Source: Phoronis australis
Taxonomy: Eukaryota; Animalia; Phoronida
DNA: 64,000 bases
Assembly (NCBI GenBank): GCA_002633005.1
Contig: NMRA01000037.1
Span: 716,703 to 780,702 of the forward strand
Direction: 5' to 3'
Part shown: piece by piece, positions 13,469-26,862 of the stretch
Layout: every line of letters begins with the position of its first letter
Numbering within the stretch: the stretch's first letter is position 1
Notes under the pieces: model-generated
Told to the model about the DNA's origin: nothing
The model's database searches: none
What the model saw: the letters and a program-made list of their open reading frames with translations, nothing else
Program-made: the position numbers and the translations under genes

Positions 13469-15255
13469 ACTCAGTTTGATTATAAGTTGTGTACACTCTT
13501 TAGTATGGTGAATTCTATTTGATTAAATAATTGGCACGTTTTAAAAGCAAATGAGTGTTTAATTCTGCACGTAGACTTTCTGTTTACGATAGTTTCACAG
13601 TGGCTGTCACCATGGCCACTGTTTATTTCACCATGGCCACTGTTTACTTAACTTTACAAGAAAGAAAGAAAAATCAAATTAAATGTGGAATCGCTGCAAT
13701 CCAAATCTCCGGCTATGTTTACACTGCTAATGGTCTATAGTAGACAACATAAACGTAAATAAAGAGTGTAAACTTAGTTCCATTTGATTGCACGCACTCA
13801 TTTTCCGAAAGTCGTCTTAGAAATGGAACCTTATCAACCAAAAGCAATTACTTTTTGGGAAATTTGAATTTCAAAAAATGGTGCTGCCATTCAACCTTGT
13901 ATAATATTTTACATTTGCGACAATGAGCGAATTTTTTGTAAACAATATCGTGACATTCCTATGAACTGCATTTTCCCATGTCTAGACCACTGACCTTTTC
14001 CTGAGCAGTTTTACTATTAAATGTGCCAGGAGAAATGGGGTCGAAGGAGTTGTTTTTCTTTGAGAAGGTTCAGTTCCACTAGGAACAAGACAGAGTCGAC
14101 TAAGCGTTGTTTCGTAGTATTTACTGAAAAACTGGGTTTGATGATATTTGCAATACGGTTTTAAAAGATGAAATCCTTGTTCTGTCTTTATAAAATCGTT
14201 TGCTTTTCAATGAAAATTTTCGTGCATGACGGTACCTCAAAGAATTTAAATTTGACGCCAAATTACACATTTCATATTAACAGTACATATGAATTGTAGA
14301 TAACCCTAAACAGAATTTATTTTGCTGTGTAACTGCACAGCTTATTTCAATATTGGTCGCTTGTAAGCATGCACACGCAAAGTGGGATCTTCCGCCATGA
14401 TAGCGGGCCGTCAATCACACAGCTTATGATAAGACAGAAAACAGGTATTGGGGAATATCGACGAAATTATTGGTTTCGTAACCGTTACGTAAGCTGTGGG
14501 CCTTTTTGTTTAGTGTGTCTCCTTATCAACATCAAGCCGTACCTGTCTCGTCGCCTGCACCCAGCGTTGCTATGACGTCATTATCAATGAGTCGACAAAT
14601 TGTTCTGGATGATAAAAGTATTACAGGTGTTAAATGAATACACAAAATTTTGATAACCAGTTTTTGATTAGCCTTATTAAACCAATATGAAAATACGTGG
14701 CATTCCAATTTCTATAAATATACCTTGAGAAAGTGACAACTTTATGGAGCGATAAGATACGTTTATCAATTTTACCGACTCGTTTAAGTGTTCAGTTGTC
14801 AAATGAAGACGACCTTCCGTTTTGTATCGCCATTTCAATAGGTGCACTTTGATCAGCTTTATATACCGCTTTTGTTCACAAGCAACTGCTTTTTGTTTTT
14901 GTTTTTATTGTTGATTTGTTGTTATTGTTGTTGTTGCTTCTGTTGTCGTTGTTCAAAAAGGTGACACAACACTGTGCGATGTTTTAGTGCACGCCCGTCG
15001 CTACAACTGATTATTATTCACGTTTCTAGAGAAGGCCGTCGTTACAATGATTTTTTGGATTTCCTCGTCTTTTCCCACTGGTAAAGTATATTGATACGAG
15101 TAACATAAAAAGCCATATTTTAGGAAAACGTTTGTCTTTTCAACTACAAATAATAATCCTGGTCAGTTTGAAAGAAGGGTTATTCAGCACCTTGTTGACC
15201 ATTCTGCGTTATTAGCCAAATATCTACAAAGCATGCACGCACCCAGGGGGGGGGG
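13469..15255 (+). repeat. Copy 2 of ~1.8-kb direct near-duplicate
   Basis: Collinear with 10926-12703 and begins exactly at the gap edge. Confidence 0.95.
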
Positions 15256-18200
15256 CGGCTCGGGGAGCTCGAATGAGCCCCCCCCCCCCTNTTTCAACTC
15301 GGTAATCATGATATGTTTTCTGAAAGTAGAAAGCCTGGAAGACGTGACCACGTAGTTGAGTACCAAACAGAAATCTACAATGATATGGAAACAACAGTGC
15401 ATATTAAAGCAACGGTTATGTCTGAAAGTTTCATAAGAACCCAATCAGCGATTTCCGTGATATAATGATCCGAAGGTAGCCAACTTTGGACATTTTTAGG
15501 GTCCTTCATAACTGTAAAATAACATATGTTCATTGGCACAGTGAAACCACAAGGGGTCGCGCCAAAACAAGCTGAAGTTTATTGTTGACCTGAGTGACTT
15601 TTGGGTTAGTCTTTTCAGTAATCGTTGCATGCACAGTAATTTGTGCTGTTCTGTTGCGAAAAGGAAGATCTAGCAATACGCCAGCGCCAACGTTTTTGTT
15701 TTCTTATTTTTGTTGTCGTTGCCTCTACTAGATAATCAAACCAATAAAGCAAAATACAATAAGCTACTTTGAATATCCATTGAACTTGCTCCTTATTTGA
15801 TTGGAATACTAATAATTTCATGAATTTAATACCATCCGCTAACGTCATGTGATCATTTTATATCATTTGGAATTTGTACGCTTTTCTTATCTTAGTGACG
15901 ACAGTGACTTGGCACTTTTTATGATGAAACTATGACGAAAATAATTTGGACAGAACAAATTTGATAGCATAGATGTTAAGTGCATATTAGCAGTTGGTAA
16001 ACACGAGAAAACTTTTTCAATGAAGTTTTGGTCCCTTTCTTAATAGTGAACTATTTTTTCAATGTAAGCTGAGAAAAAAAGAAGAAAACGTTTCAATGTG
16101 CGTGTACCAACATGATTCTGTGTGAAAATTTCCCAAATCCGGTGAATTTGATTTTGCCAGAAAACAACGTTTTCAGTGCTCTTTCAAAGGTATGAATCGC
16201 AAACGGAGTTCGTGAAGAGAACCTAAAACAAAGGTGTGGTGTTTTGAAACCTTTTGATGGAAAATACTTCCGAGGACATCGGGTAGTGAATGACATACCA
16301 CTCCGTATATTTATAGGTATTGACAGCACGTAAAATAAATGTAATGAACAGTCTGGGTCAATAGACTTGCGGTCGTTTGCCCGGAACACCGAGTCTTGTT
16401 TTGACTACTACGCAAGAAGTATTAAACTTGCAAAACACTTGAGTACCATATAAGTATTGCATGTTCAGTGGCTGTTACGTAAGCTTGGCGTTTCTGTTCA
16501 ATGATCACATGGTGAACACGTGAAAGCACCGCAGACAGGTAAACGTGCACTTAAAACACACAGCAAAATGCACTTCCGGTCACGTATACTGCGTCGTGGG
16601 GGACGACTTTTTATGTTCAACACATATCCAGAAATATTTAACAAATGAATTTCTCATGGAGTATGTTTATGGTAAATAGTATAATGCGAATTTCATTAAC
16701 ATTTAAATCATCTTGTGTACTTTTATTGTATATAATAACAGTTTTGGTGCTACATCTTCTCGTTCCATTGTTTTGCCGTTTTTTTTTTGAATGTGATATC
16801 AGCGGTAACTGCCGTGGTATAGAGCGAGTTGTTGCAAGTTTAGCGAAATCACGCAAGAAAAAGTAAAATCACACGACAAAGTTCGAGACCTTACAAATGT
16901 AGACTAGCAAAGTACTGATGTGATAAGAATTCGAGGGTGGAATGTTAAATTGTGAGAGCAAGTTCATGGTTTCTGTTCCATGAGCCAAGGTTTTTTTTTC
17001 ACTGCAGGTGTCTCGCAAATTGTCTCGCGGATCGTCCACGTGACTGCGTCCGGTATTCGGTGAAGTTTACTCATATACTGTAGATGAGATGGCCTTCATA
17101 GCAACTCTTCAAGACTTTATATATTAGTGTCTAGGCAACTTTACACTCCAAACAAAAAGCCCAATACAAACAACCGAAGCCATCAAAGTGAGTCTATTCC
17201 GAACAATCAGTTCATTTTCTGTTAGCCAGTTTGGGACTCGCGTCGTGCCTGCAATCCTAATTTGCCTGTTACCTTGCGTTACATTGCTTCAGAGACTTAA
17301 AGCTGACGTAATCATTGTGAAGGCGTTTCTTGTCAATTTCGAGTATTAAACTTATTACAAGAGATATCTTGAAACTCTCCGTCAATTTTTGTTAAAATGG
17401 AATCGATAAAAACAACGATTCATCAAACCGGAAGTTTGGTGCAGTAAGGAAGCAGCGAAAATTGTCAGCATGTCCGAATTTGCTGTGTTTTCTCGCTTTT
17501 ATGATGTGATAACTGTACAGTGGAAGAGACCCCAATAGATTTTCAGCCTCGGCATCTTTACATAATAATTTCCGTTTGACTGAAACAATGGTGTAAGAAA
17601 TACGTAGGTAACAAAATCTATTTACAGACTGAGATTCAGCAGGCCAGGGCACGGTTGTAGATGTGTTTAGTCTAGAAAATAGCAGTGACATCGCATAATC
17701 GCCGCCAGGTTGCACGTCACACGTCCGGTTCGAAGAAATGGCATGTTTATACTTTCTTTTCTAGAAAATGCGACTAAAAGATTCAAGTCAATCGTTATGA
17801 CGAATAAAAAGTCATGTATCACCCAATGCAGTCAGTGTACTTAGGCGTTCTTTCGAAAATTTCGGAATGACATTGCTTGGTAATCACATTTCATCAATTT
17901 ATTTATTTGGTTTAAAAGAATGAATTTGTAGTCAATAAAAGTCTTTTTGTATGTTTGTGGCAATTAGTCATTTTTAACGCTGTCATCGTTCCCGGGGTTA
18001 ATGATTATTTGACACTGCCCAGTTTTTGTCTTATAAGACTATATCTTTGACTAAGAAATGTATGACTTTATAAGCTAGCGTCTTAGTCGCAAGACTAATG
18101 TGCACATATCCTGCAGAAAATTTTTATGAACTTGCCTTTTAAATGTTAGTCAAACGGTTAGCTATGCATGCGGTGTTAGTGAAATGACGTAGTTGGAGTT

Positions 18201-19593
18201 GCCCCTTGTTTTTGCTCCCCATTTCACTTGGTAAACACATTAAGGTCCATTGAACTCGGGACTGTGATTGGCTCGCTGTGAAATGGTCCACAAAGGTAAG
18301 ATACATATAGGTCTACTTAACTTTGCAAACTACGTCATTTCACACATTTTACGTGCATAGTTAATAAGGTCCAACCCACGGAAGCACTAATGAAGCTTGA
18401 AATATATGTAAACTCAGTCAGTGATTAGATTTTCGTGATACAACCCCGAAAACGTCTGTCGCGTTAATGTCACTTGAATTATTAATAGTTATAAATTGAA
18501 AGTTCTCAAAGACCTGAAACCTCCAAAGTATCGTAACTTTCCCTTAACATGATACTAAATCTCGTTTCGGTCTTCTCCACTGGACCAATTTAATTTTTGA
18601 TACCTAAAATGCTTTGTACGCTCGCGCTACTGGGGAGACAAAAAGTTTCATTTACGTTTGACATATGTCAAGAGATGAAAAGGGCCGTAAAGTGACAAAC
18701 GTCACTATCGTCATTGATTATTGCAAAAAATGGTACAAAGTAAGCCGTGGCAAAATATGAATCTAACAGACAATTGTTGAAAAAATTATTTCTGGAAAGA
18801 TTGATTAAAAGTGCAAATCAGAAGAAAGGTAAACTGTGCCAATATGGGGAACTGTGTAGGTGAAAATGAAGTGAAAATTGAAATGATTTTCATTTTCCGA
18901 ATGAACGCTATGGGCTAACTTTAAAATATTCTCATTCACAGATTTCTGTTCTTAAAAGGATCTGAAACGTCTACTAAACCAGGCAGTGACTGTAAAACTC
19001 TAGAAACAAACTGGTAATGGTCCCAATATACGTAGCATCTCTGTTTGCATCACTATAGCTGATACGAAAAGTTTTTTCATTCGTCCTGATTTATCAGATA
19101 CATACCTTTTTGTAAACAATGGATGTTATATCGCAATATAACATTTATATGTAATTCTTAAACTGGCGTGGACATGTACATAGCAAACATTTTTAAAGAT
19201 GTATTTGTATGCTTCTAACAACGCTAATGTCTAGAAGGAATTAAACGACAATGCTTATTTGAACATCATATACCCTAAACAAAGTGAAGTTATATTGATT
19301 GAAAACTTTTAAATGTGAAAACAAAAATGTACAAAACAGATGACCTTCGCACAAATGTAGTACTTCGAGGGCTCACATAACCCCCATCACCCCAACAACA
19401 CGTCACGATACTTACTGGACACGGTTCACTGGTTTGCGGCGGATCATTTTCGCCACAAAACTCGTTCTAAAAAAACAGTTGGCAATTTTCAACCTACTTC
19501 ATATTCACATCGCTGCTATATGCTGTGTTTCTAGCTAATTTGGTCAACTAATCACAGATATCAGATATAAGGAATTAGCCTGCAAGTTCCAGA

Positions 19594-19740
19594 TTAAGTC
19601 TGGTCAGATGCTCACTTGTGGCCACGTCACAGTTAGCAGAAGGACCCCGGTTCGAGTCCCGGTTGGCACAGAAATCTTTTCAACCTTACATTCATTGGGT
19701 CACGTGATGTGGCCACAGGTGGTGTGCAGACCAGACTTAA
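19594..19740. mobile_element. Small TTAA-flanked inverted-repeat element containing a tRNA-like 3' half (B-box)
   Basis: Arms ttaagtctggtc..cacttgtggccacgtcac and gtgatgtggccacaggtg..gaccagacttaa. Internal ccccggttcgagtcccggttggca has the B-box GGTTCGAGTCC at 19649-19659. Confidence 0.6.
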
Positions 19741-20259
19741 AAGTATTTGCAATATAATTTTTTGGATGACAGCTTCTCAGTGTTATCTACCTAGATCGTA
19801 AATCCAATCGTCGTGGGGGTCGCGGGCATTAGAAAGCAATTTAGCAGCAACTCTCGAAATATTCGACGTAATTTTTATGTCTCGTGCAAATATAGACATT
19901 CCAGTAAATAAACACGAGAGGCTGTTTCGGGCAAGTATATAAAGTCATCTTCAGTAAGTTGTAATTCTACTTCCTCCCTTCCGTTCCAACAATAGGTCAC
20001 AATAACTCAAAAGTTGGTAATTTTTGGCTTCATAACACCATCTGTTTATGGCCATTTCGCCACTGAGGGTCTGGTGGTTGTGATGATGTCCCAAAAACCT
20101 CTTCATCTAGTTTTGTTGATAGAAGGGATACATTTTTCGAATTGGTTATCTTGGTTTTTACACTAACGACTGTGGAAATTGAAATGTTCACATTATTGCT
20201 GAAGTCTTTTTACTCGCAAGCGTATGCTATTAATGAAACTTCGTGAATTATGCTCCCAT

Positions 20260-20424
20260 CAGTAGCGGATTTAAGGGGAGCCAAGGGGGGTCATGCCCCC
20301 TACCCCTACAATTTTCCAAGATTCCGTTTGACAGTGCGAGGGTGCGAATGTCTGACGGGCAAAATCCTGGCAAATACTCTGCCCTGCCCCCCCACCCCAA
20401 CTCAAAATCCTAGATCTGCCCCTG
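20260..20424. mobile_element. ~165-bp MITE (CAGTGGCGGAT/CAGGGGCGGAT-type termini), copy 1
   Basis: Termini cagtagcggattta / tagatctgcccctg; flanks cccat/ctcat. Inverted homolog at 32509-32663. Confidence 0.8.
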
Positions 20425-20961
20425 CTCATGGTGTCGATATGGCCAATCCAACACGACTGTTACGGCCAGTAAGACTTCGAGTGACGATTCTTAATTTATG
20501 AGATATAAATCCGCTGTGGGTATTGTTTATGCGGGATGAGTGGTATAATTTGTCATCATAAACTTAGTTTCGCAGTAAGATAAAAAAGCGTGAAATCATA
20601 AAGAAATCTGTTTACTTTCTGCACCGTTTCCTACGTTCCACGAAAACCTAATTGGTGGTGATCCAGTTGGTTACAATAACATACCACTGCATCATTCAAT
20701 CGACAGTAATCACTCAATCCCTAGATTTACCTACTTAAGACTGGATTATAGCATTATTTGCATTTTCTTTGTTCCTTATTTAATTAGCCGGGGTAAGTCG
20801 CTCTCCTCGACGAAGACGGAGTAGGTAGTGCGGGGTTCCGACTGATATCGAGATTTCGTAGTCTAGTTTCACAAATAAACACTCCACTCTGAAAGCAGGG
20901 TTGGGCGGTTGTCGGCGCGTGTCATTTGTTTGCCAAAGTGATCACAAGAGATGACGACAGG

Positions 20962-21053
20962 TATAAATATAGGGACTCAGCTGATCAGCGTTAGTTTGAT
21001 TACAGGTAGAGTTTAGCTCGGTTCCACGTGTGCTTGGACAGAAGACCGCTAAA
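20962..21053 (+). promoter_or_regulatory. Candidate distal TATA promoter and non-coding first exon of the PTH-like precursor gene
   Basis: TATAAAT at 20962, Inr-like TTAGTT with its A at 20993 (31 nt downstream), and donor aaa|gtaagc at 21054. No ATG in the exon. Confidence 0.5.
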
Positions 21054-23662
21054 GTAAGCTATTGTATGTTCTTTCATTTTTTTGTAATTTAGTCAATGAT
21101 GTGACAATGCCAAAATTGAACATTTTGGACATAAGAACTGGTACTGTTCAGCTAATCATCTTACAGAAATTTCTTGTGTTTAAGAAGTGATTATTTGCAG
21201 TCTAATTACGAAAAATGTGAATTGGAAAAATTAAGTCATGTTTTGCTTTTATTGGGTTTAGCATAGTTCAATGAAATACACGTTACGTGTGGCTCCGTGT
21301 ATTGACGTCAAGGTTCAAGGCTATCATCCTTCAGATTGTATCATTTGTCAATACAATTGATTCGTGACAGCGTGCGCTTAGATCTGGAAATTCTAAGAGA
21401 ACACGCGTCCATTGTTTGTAAAGGCGTGTTTGCAACTTCAGGTATTAGCGATGCTGTCACTGCCGATTCATTGTAGCTATCAAGTTGATGGGGTTTTTCA
21501 CTTTAAAATAGACATTTGACTGTAACCTTTTGAAGAGACAAATGTGATTTAGGAATTAGTGAATTAAGTAATGTGGCTCTAATTTGCTTTCATTGTCTAT
21601 TTCTCGTTCCATGGTTAAATGGACATTATCGATGCGAAAAGCCCTAACGTGGAACTAACTCACAGCGCCGCGTCGTTGGTGGAGCTAAATATCTCTCGAT
21701 AAATGTCAGAGTATTTTAAGAGTACTAAACTGGTAAAGTCACCGATCTTGATTTCAGCGAATGGCTGGAGGACAGACACTGCGGTATTTATTGTTTAACA
21801 GCTCTGGTCGAAGCATATAACTTCAAGACGTCGGCCCCATCCGACGATGATTCCCAAAATCCGTCTGTTTTATATTTAACACAATTTGTGTGATTAAAGG
21901 ATATATTAATATCTTGATATGAATTCGATATCCATAGGTATTCGATTATTTAAAAAAATTCTTCAGTTCGGTAGATTTTCTAAAAACGCTGAAGAAAATG
22001 ATAAAATGATAATCAGATGATAGCACAACATATTGTTGCACTGATTTTTCGTCATGAAGAGATTTGTTGCGTAGCAACACAATAGTAAGCGACCTGAAAG
22101 TGCCATTGTTCTGAATATCATTTTGGTTGTTTTGTATTTGTTCCTGTTATCAGATAGAACTTTGTAATACCAATAATTTCTACTATCGAACTCAATTTGG
22201 ACCAAATTGTTAGTTGGAAACCCATGATCCTCAGTTTGCGAGTCACGAGATTGATGCGTGGGAGAAGTTAAAACAAAGATGCTGACGTCACTGTATTTTG
22301 TTGGTCAATATTTAGCTAAGATAGGGATACGAAGTTCGTGTGAAATCAATTTGTCAGGAAACAATAAATATGTCCACTTAACAGTAGAAAAACGCGATCA
22401 TCTCCTATTATTCTCGTTAAATAAACGTTGGATTGAACATTCATTAATGAAATTAAGACCTGGTCGATATTTTACCAACGTGCCTATTTGCTTAACGCAA
22501 TTGTAGGGTGAATACGTCTTATTGTTGAAATGTCATTTTGTCAGTTGATGGTTGCCGTGAATTGGCACACAATTATACTAGTCGAGTGAACCGTTTATGC
22601 AACTTCAATTAAATCAAATTACTTAATCAAATTATCTAGTCATTCGAGCTAAAATTAAGCACAGTTATATGAATGAACATTACTCAACATTCGAAGTAAA
22701 GGAAAGTAAAATATTTATTGAATTGGTTTTCTTATTTGCAAGAGAATGATTTGAAATGCAACCAATATTTGCAAGCATATAGTCGCGCATAGATGATCAC
22801 AGCCCATTTTAGATACGAGTTAGCTTTTTTGTCTCTTGGTAACGTTTTTCCTAAAGAAATGTGTTTATAATTTTCAACTCATAATAAGCTTGTGTTCGGG
22901 TTTCGTATCAGTTTTATTTACTTTCGAACGACTGATTGGCAATTTTGATCCTGAAATAAATTACCAGAGCACGTTTCCATTCTCTTCCATTGTTTTGTCT
23001 CTCGGTTCTTATGTTACGCATTTCTAATGACCAATTAGAGCTCGCGTACCTTATTTTACTATTTTGACTTACTTGAACAATTAATTGTCGAAAAGAGTGT
23101 ACCGTGGTTCTATAGCAAAGCGTTAGTGAGATACGCAGACGGATTTAACGATTAGTGAGAGAAGAGGGGTATACTGTTTTAAGTTTATCGCAGGTATGGC
23201 ACAGTGAATATTTATAGGTACAAAAACATTCTCGACAACACATCGATTTCATGGAAATAAACCACAGCGTAAGAAACCGACGACGTCGCTCTGACAAAGG
23301 ACACGATTACACAAGAGATACGCAAACAACAGCTTTTTGAACGAGAAAAAACGTCTATTTTCTAAACACGTTCTTTTCTTAAAATACAAACATTCAATCC
23401 AGCTCTGTGGAAAAGGTTTTGTAGTTTTCGATTTGCAAAAGATAAAAAATGTCCCTGTTTCGTTATCGTAAAGTGAACACGAAACACAAAAAGGTACTGA
23501 ACAGTTACTTTTTAGGAATGTCCATCATAGCTTTTCATCAATTATTTATTTACGGCATGAATTGTGTTCAAATGTTCCGGATGTTTTTTTCGTATGATCG
23601 GATGTAGGAATACTCAAATCTCTTAGTTTTTCATGCACTTAGGTTGACTTTGTGACATGAAA

Positions 23663-23676
23663 CCACCAGATGGCGC
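23663..23676 (+). promoter_or_regulatory. CTCF-like binding motif
   Basis: CCACCAGATGGCGC matches the CTCF core CCASYAGRKGGCRS. Motif only, no functional evidence. Confidence 0.4.
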
Positions 23677-24773
23677 ATTGAAAAAGCATCAGTGGTACCT
23701 CCGGTAACCATGGTAGACAATTTCCGTTGAAAGAATTATTGTCATCCATCAGTTCAAGTTGCGGTGAAATTCATTTGGCATATAAGAGAAAATGATTACT
23801 AACTCCTCCGCAAGAGGCTGTACTTAACATAAACTGCATCAGACACTCCCCCACATCTCGGAGTGCGATGGAATTCGAGATTTTCAGTCAATATTGCACT
23901 GGCATTTTTGAAATTAGTGTATGGGTAGCCCCTGTGGGCAGTGTCTTTAACTGTAACCACGGAACTGATTTTCAAATTTATTTTGTTTTTTTCTTACTAA
24001 AACGGTTATACCATACCGCTGCAAAGGGTATAGTAAGGTCACGTGTTAGGCAGGTCGATGAGCAGAAACAACGGGCAGGTACGCGTTTGTGATTAGAAGC
24101 CGGGCACTCGTGCCTGTGAGCACTGCCAACCTTAGCGACTTGACGCCCCAGCGATACATCCAAACATCACATCATAATCATGTGTTCTCCACAATACCAA
24201 TTCTAAACTCGACGCAAATTTTTAGAGTTCAATATCATTCGTCAACACTATCTTTTCTTTAGTCTATAGCCTTCACGTCTCCACTGGAGGTATTTATGTA
24301 TAGGTATTTATGTATGTTTAAAAATGTACACTGAACTTGGTCAGGTGTGACCTACTTTTTGACACTTTGTAGGGCCTACGCGTGAAAACTGCGAATTGTG
24401 CTCGAAGTGCCCATTCAGCTGACGACGGTCTCATGAATAAAAAAGTTGTTGCAAAAGCGCGTGGCCAGAAAGCGCGCGCTACATACGTGTCACTTGTCAT
24501 CACAGACATTAGTTTTCGGATAGCACGTCGGCCAGAAATATAGATTCGCACTTATTTCAGAAAGTTTCTAATGCCGTAAAAACTGTTGCGTTATTTTTAA
24601 GAGATATTGCTTTATTAATCCATTTTAATGTATTCATAATAAGTGTTTTTAAAGTCAAGTATCTAATAAAATGCCCCACTCATAGTGGACACCTTCACCC
24701 CCGAATCTCCCGGAAAATAACTCAGACTTTCACGCATCCAGTCACCCGGCTACTCAATGACTTTCGGCCTTAA

Positions 24774-25736
24774 AGTGTACACAACATGACTCTAGTACCT
24801 CAAAATAAATTTTATTATTATATCTTACTTGATTTCAGTGCCTTTAGTGCACAGCTCATAAAGAAACACGCAAAAATTGAAAAAAATTATTATTATGTAC
24901 AACGTCATGGGTTGAACCCAAGTCGTTCGCCATACCGTTCGGATCGGAGACAAAGTGTATAGAGTGAAGAGAAAGCAAAGTACATTTAGCGTCGAGAAGG
25001 TTCGTAGAGGGATCAAAAGATGTTTCCGGAGGCTGCAGCAACAGCAGCCAGGCAGAAAACGTCCCGGTGTTCCGAAGGACACCAAAGTTGCGCAGAAGTG
25101 GCATGGCTTCGTGCGCCGAACGAGAGTGTGGGACGTCATCGTGGACCAAGCGATTCGGTCCGGGGCCACTCTGTGTTCTGCCCACTTTGAGGACTCGTGT
25201 TTCGACTCCAGTCACAGGAGACGTTACGATGAAGGCCTGGTTCAATAAAGGACAATATTTATCATTCAGAAACATCAGCTCTTAATTCAGGATCGTCTGT
25301 TGGATGACTGGGTTGACTCGCCGAGCCCGCGAGGCCGCTTCTCTCGCGGGAGGATCCAGTTCATAAGGCTCAAAGTAGAAAAGTACGCAGCCGGAAGCAC
25401 ATTAAACTTGTTCTCGCTTTCGTGCAACCCCATTTCCTCATCCTGGCCACCATTCCCATACGTTTGTTCATAGTATTCGTTCAGTTCTTGCTCATAATCG
25501 TCGTCACTTTCAAATTCCCTGGTCTCCGCCATTGTTCAATGCTAGTCACTGATCTCTTGTGTTCAACCCATGACGTCACATGGCGGGAAATGTGAAAATT
25601 GGCAAAATTGAAGGAAAAATCAAAATTTCGAGCTAATTACACAAAATAAACATGGGTTTAGATAAATTTTACGTCATACATTTAGTCTGTGGCCACCGGT
25701 AATTCAAAATGTGCAAAAATCCATGGTGTGTACTGT
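24774..25736. mobile_element. Non-autonomous Kolobok-like DNA transposon with decayed THAP ORF (+) and convergent acidic ORF (-)
   Basis: TTAA at 24770-24773 and 25737-25740. TIRs agtgtacacaacatg / catggtgtgtactgt. Subterminal perfect inverted repeat acgtcatgggttgaac (24902-24917) / gttcaacccatgacgt (25561-25576). THAP motifs inside. Confidence 0.75.
25015..25248 (+). pseudogene. Frameshifted THAP zinc-finger domain remnant (transposase N-terminus)
   Basis: Across frames: KRCF / GGCSNSSQAENVPVFR / PKDTKVAQKWHGFVRRTRVWD...ATLCSAHFEDSCF. This gives the C2CH THAP signature (C..C, P, W, CSxHF). Stop follows shortly after. Confidence 0.75.
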
Positions 25737-26723
25737 TTAAGCCCTACCGAGACAATTCTCCACGTTTTAATGTGATCAGCAAGTGCTGAATAAAACGCGT
25801 TCTCGTGATACTGCTTGTGTTATTTCTTTAGTTACAATGCACGCCTATGTCGTTATATTGCGTTTACTCCGGCAAACGAACGCTGATGACACGCGCGCGC
25901 TCGCTCTCTCACACACGCAGACGATCTTCAAAACGTGACTACGACATGTGAGTTCGTCCAGAGATTTTTCTCATGTTGCTGGGTACGATCTTGCGCATAT
26001 TTAAACGGATCTTGTTCTAATACCGACTCCACAGGAACTTAAAATCTTAGGGACGCTACTTGGAAAACTTAAGTGAGGATTTCAGGTAATTTGTTGAGTC
26101 GAAACTATATTTTATTCAAGCTCAGTGCCCTGTCGACGATCACTAGGCAGGGGCGCATCGACGAGTTTTCGCCCAGGGATTTCAGCACAATTTTCTGTAA
26201 AATTATCGTAATTTATGAACGAAGTTTGATAGCAATGCGCCACATTTTTTGACGTAAATTCGGTGAATCCTAGCTTCTGATTTCATCCGTTTCGGAGACC
26301 ACTGTTTTAACCGCCTTGGGTTAAAATAAGCGCCTCCCCCCGAAACGAATTTTACTAAGGGCCCCGGGCGCTTTATTACGGCCGTACTGTTAACTGCGTC
26401 CTGGTAAAGTGAACTATGTGTTTAGTGTTGGTAAACTCAGGCTCACATTAGATGATGAGGGCTGAAGTACCACGCCAACCAAGGTTTGAAACCTGGCGCG
26501 GCAATTTTTAAACTTTACCGAAACTCGACGCGGCAAAATACAAACCTGTTACCGTGTCGAGTCAAAACAGGTCGTGGAGAACACTGTTAATCAAATGACT
26601 GACGAAACATCTCATTCAGTTTCATTTTTTTTCTGTTATGCATGTGTGCGTTTGGGAACATGTAAGGTACACCACTTCATGTATCTTTTACAAAACCTTT
26701 TCGACTTCATAGACTTCCGTCAG

Positions 26724-26862
26724 GGCTGCGTTCCGTAGGCGCAAGAAACTCGCGAAAACGAAAGTTTGCGAAAACTTCTCGAAATATTGTCATGCATTAT
26801 ACGCGAAGCATATGGTCACACTAGCTTTACTCGCGAGTGTCTTGCGTCTACGTAACGCAATC
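26724..26862. mobile_element. Short hairpin MITE
   Basis: tgcgttccgtaggcgcaagaaactcgcga and tcgcgagtgtcttgcgtctacgtaacgca form a ~29-bp imperfect inverted repeat. A similar terminus lies at ~4378. Confidence 0.65.

Noticed and set aside
12500-13522. 340-aa and 289-aa ORFs in the ORF track
   Set aside because: Artefacts of translating through the N gap.
15183-15203. TTCAGCACC as a REST/NRSE site upstream of the neuropeptide gene
   Set aside because: Only the left half-site matches, and the other duplicate copy has a mismatch.
19630-19672. Possible tRNA gene
   Set aside because: Only a degenerate T-arm/3' half; no D-arm, A-box or acceptor-stem partner.
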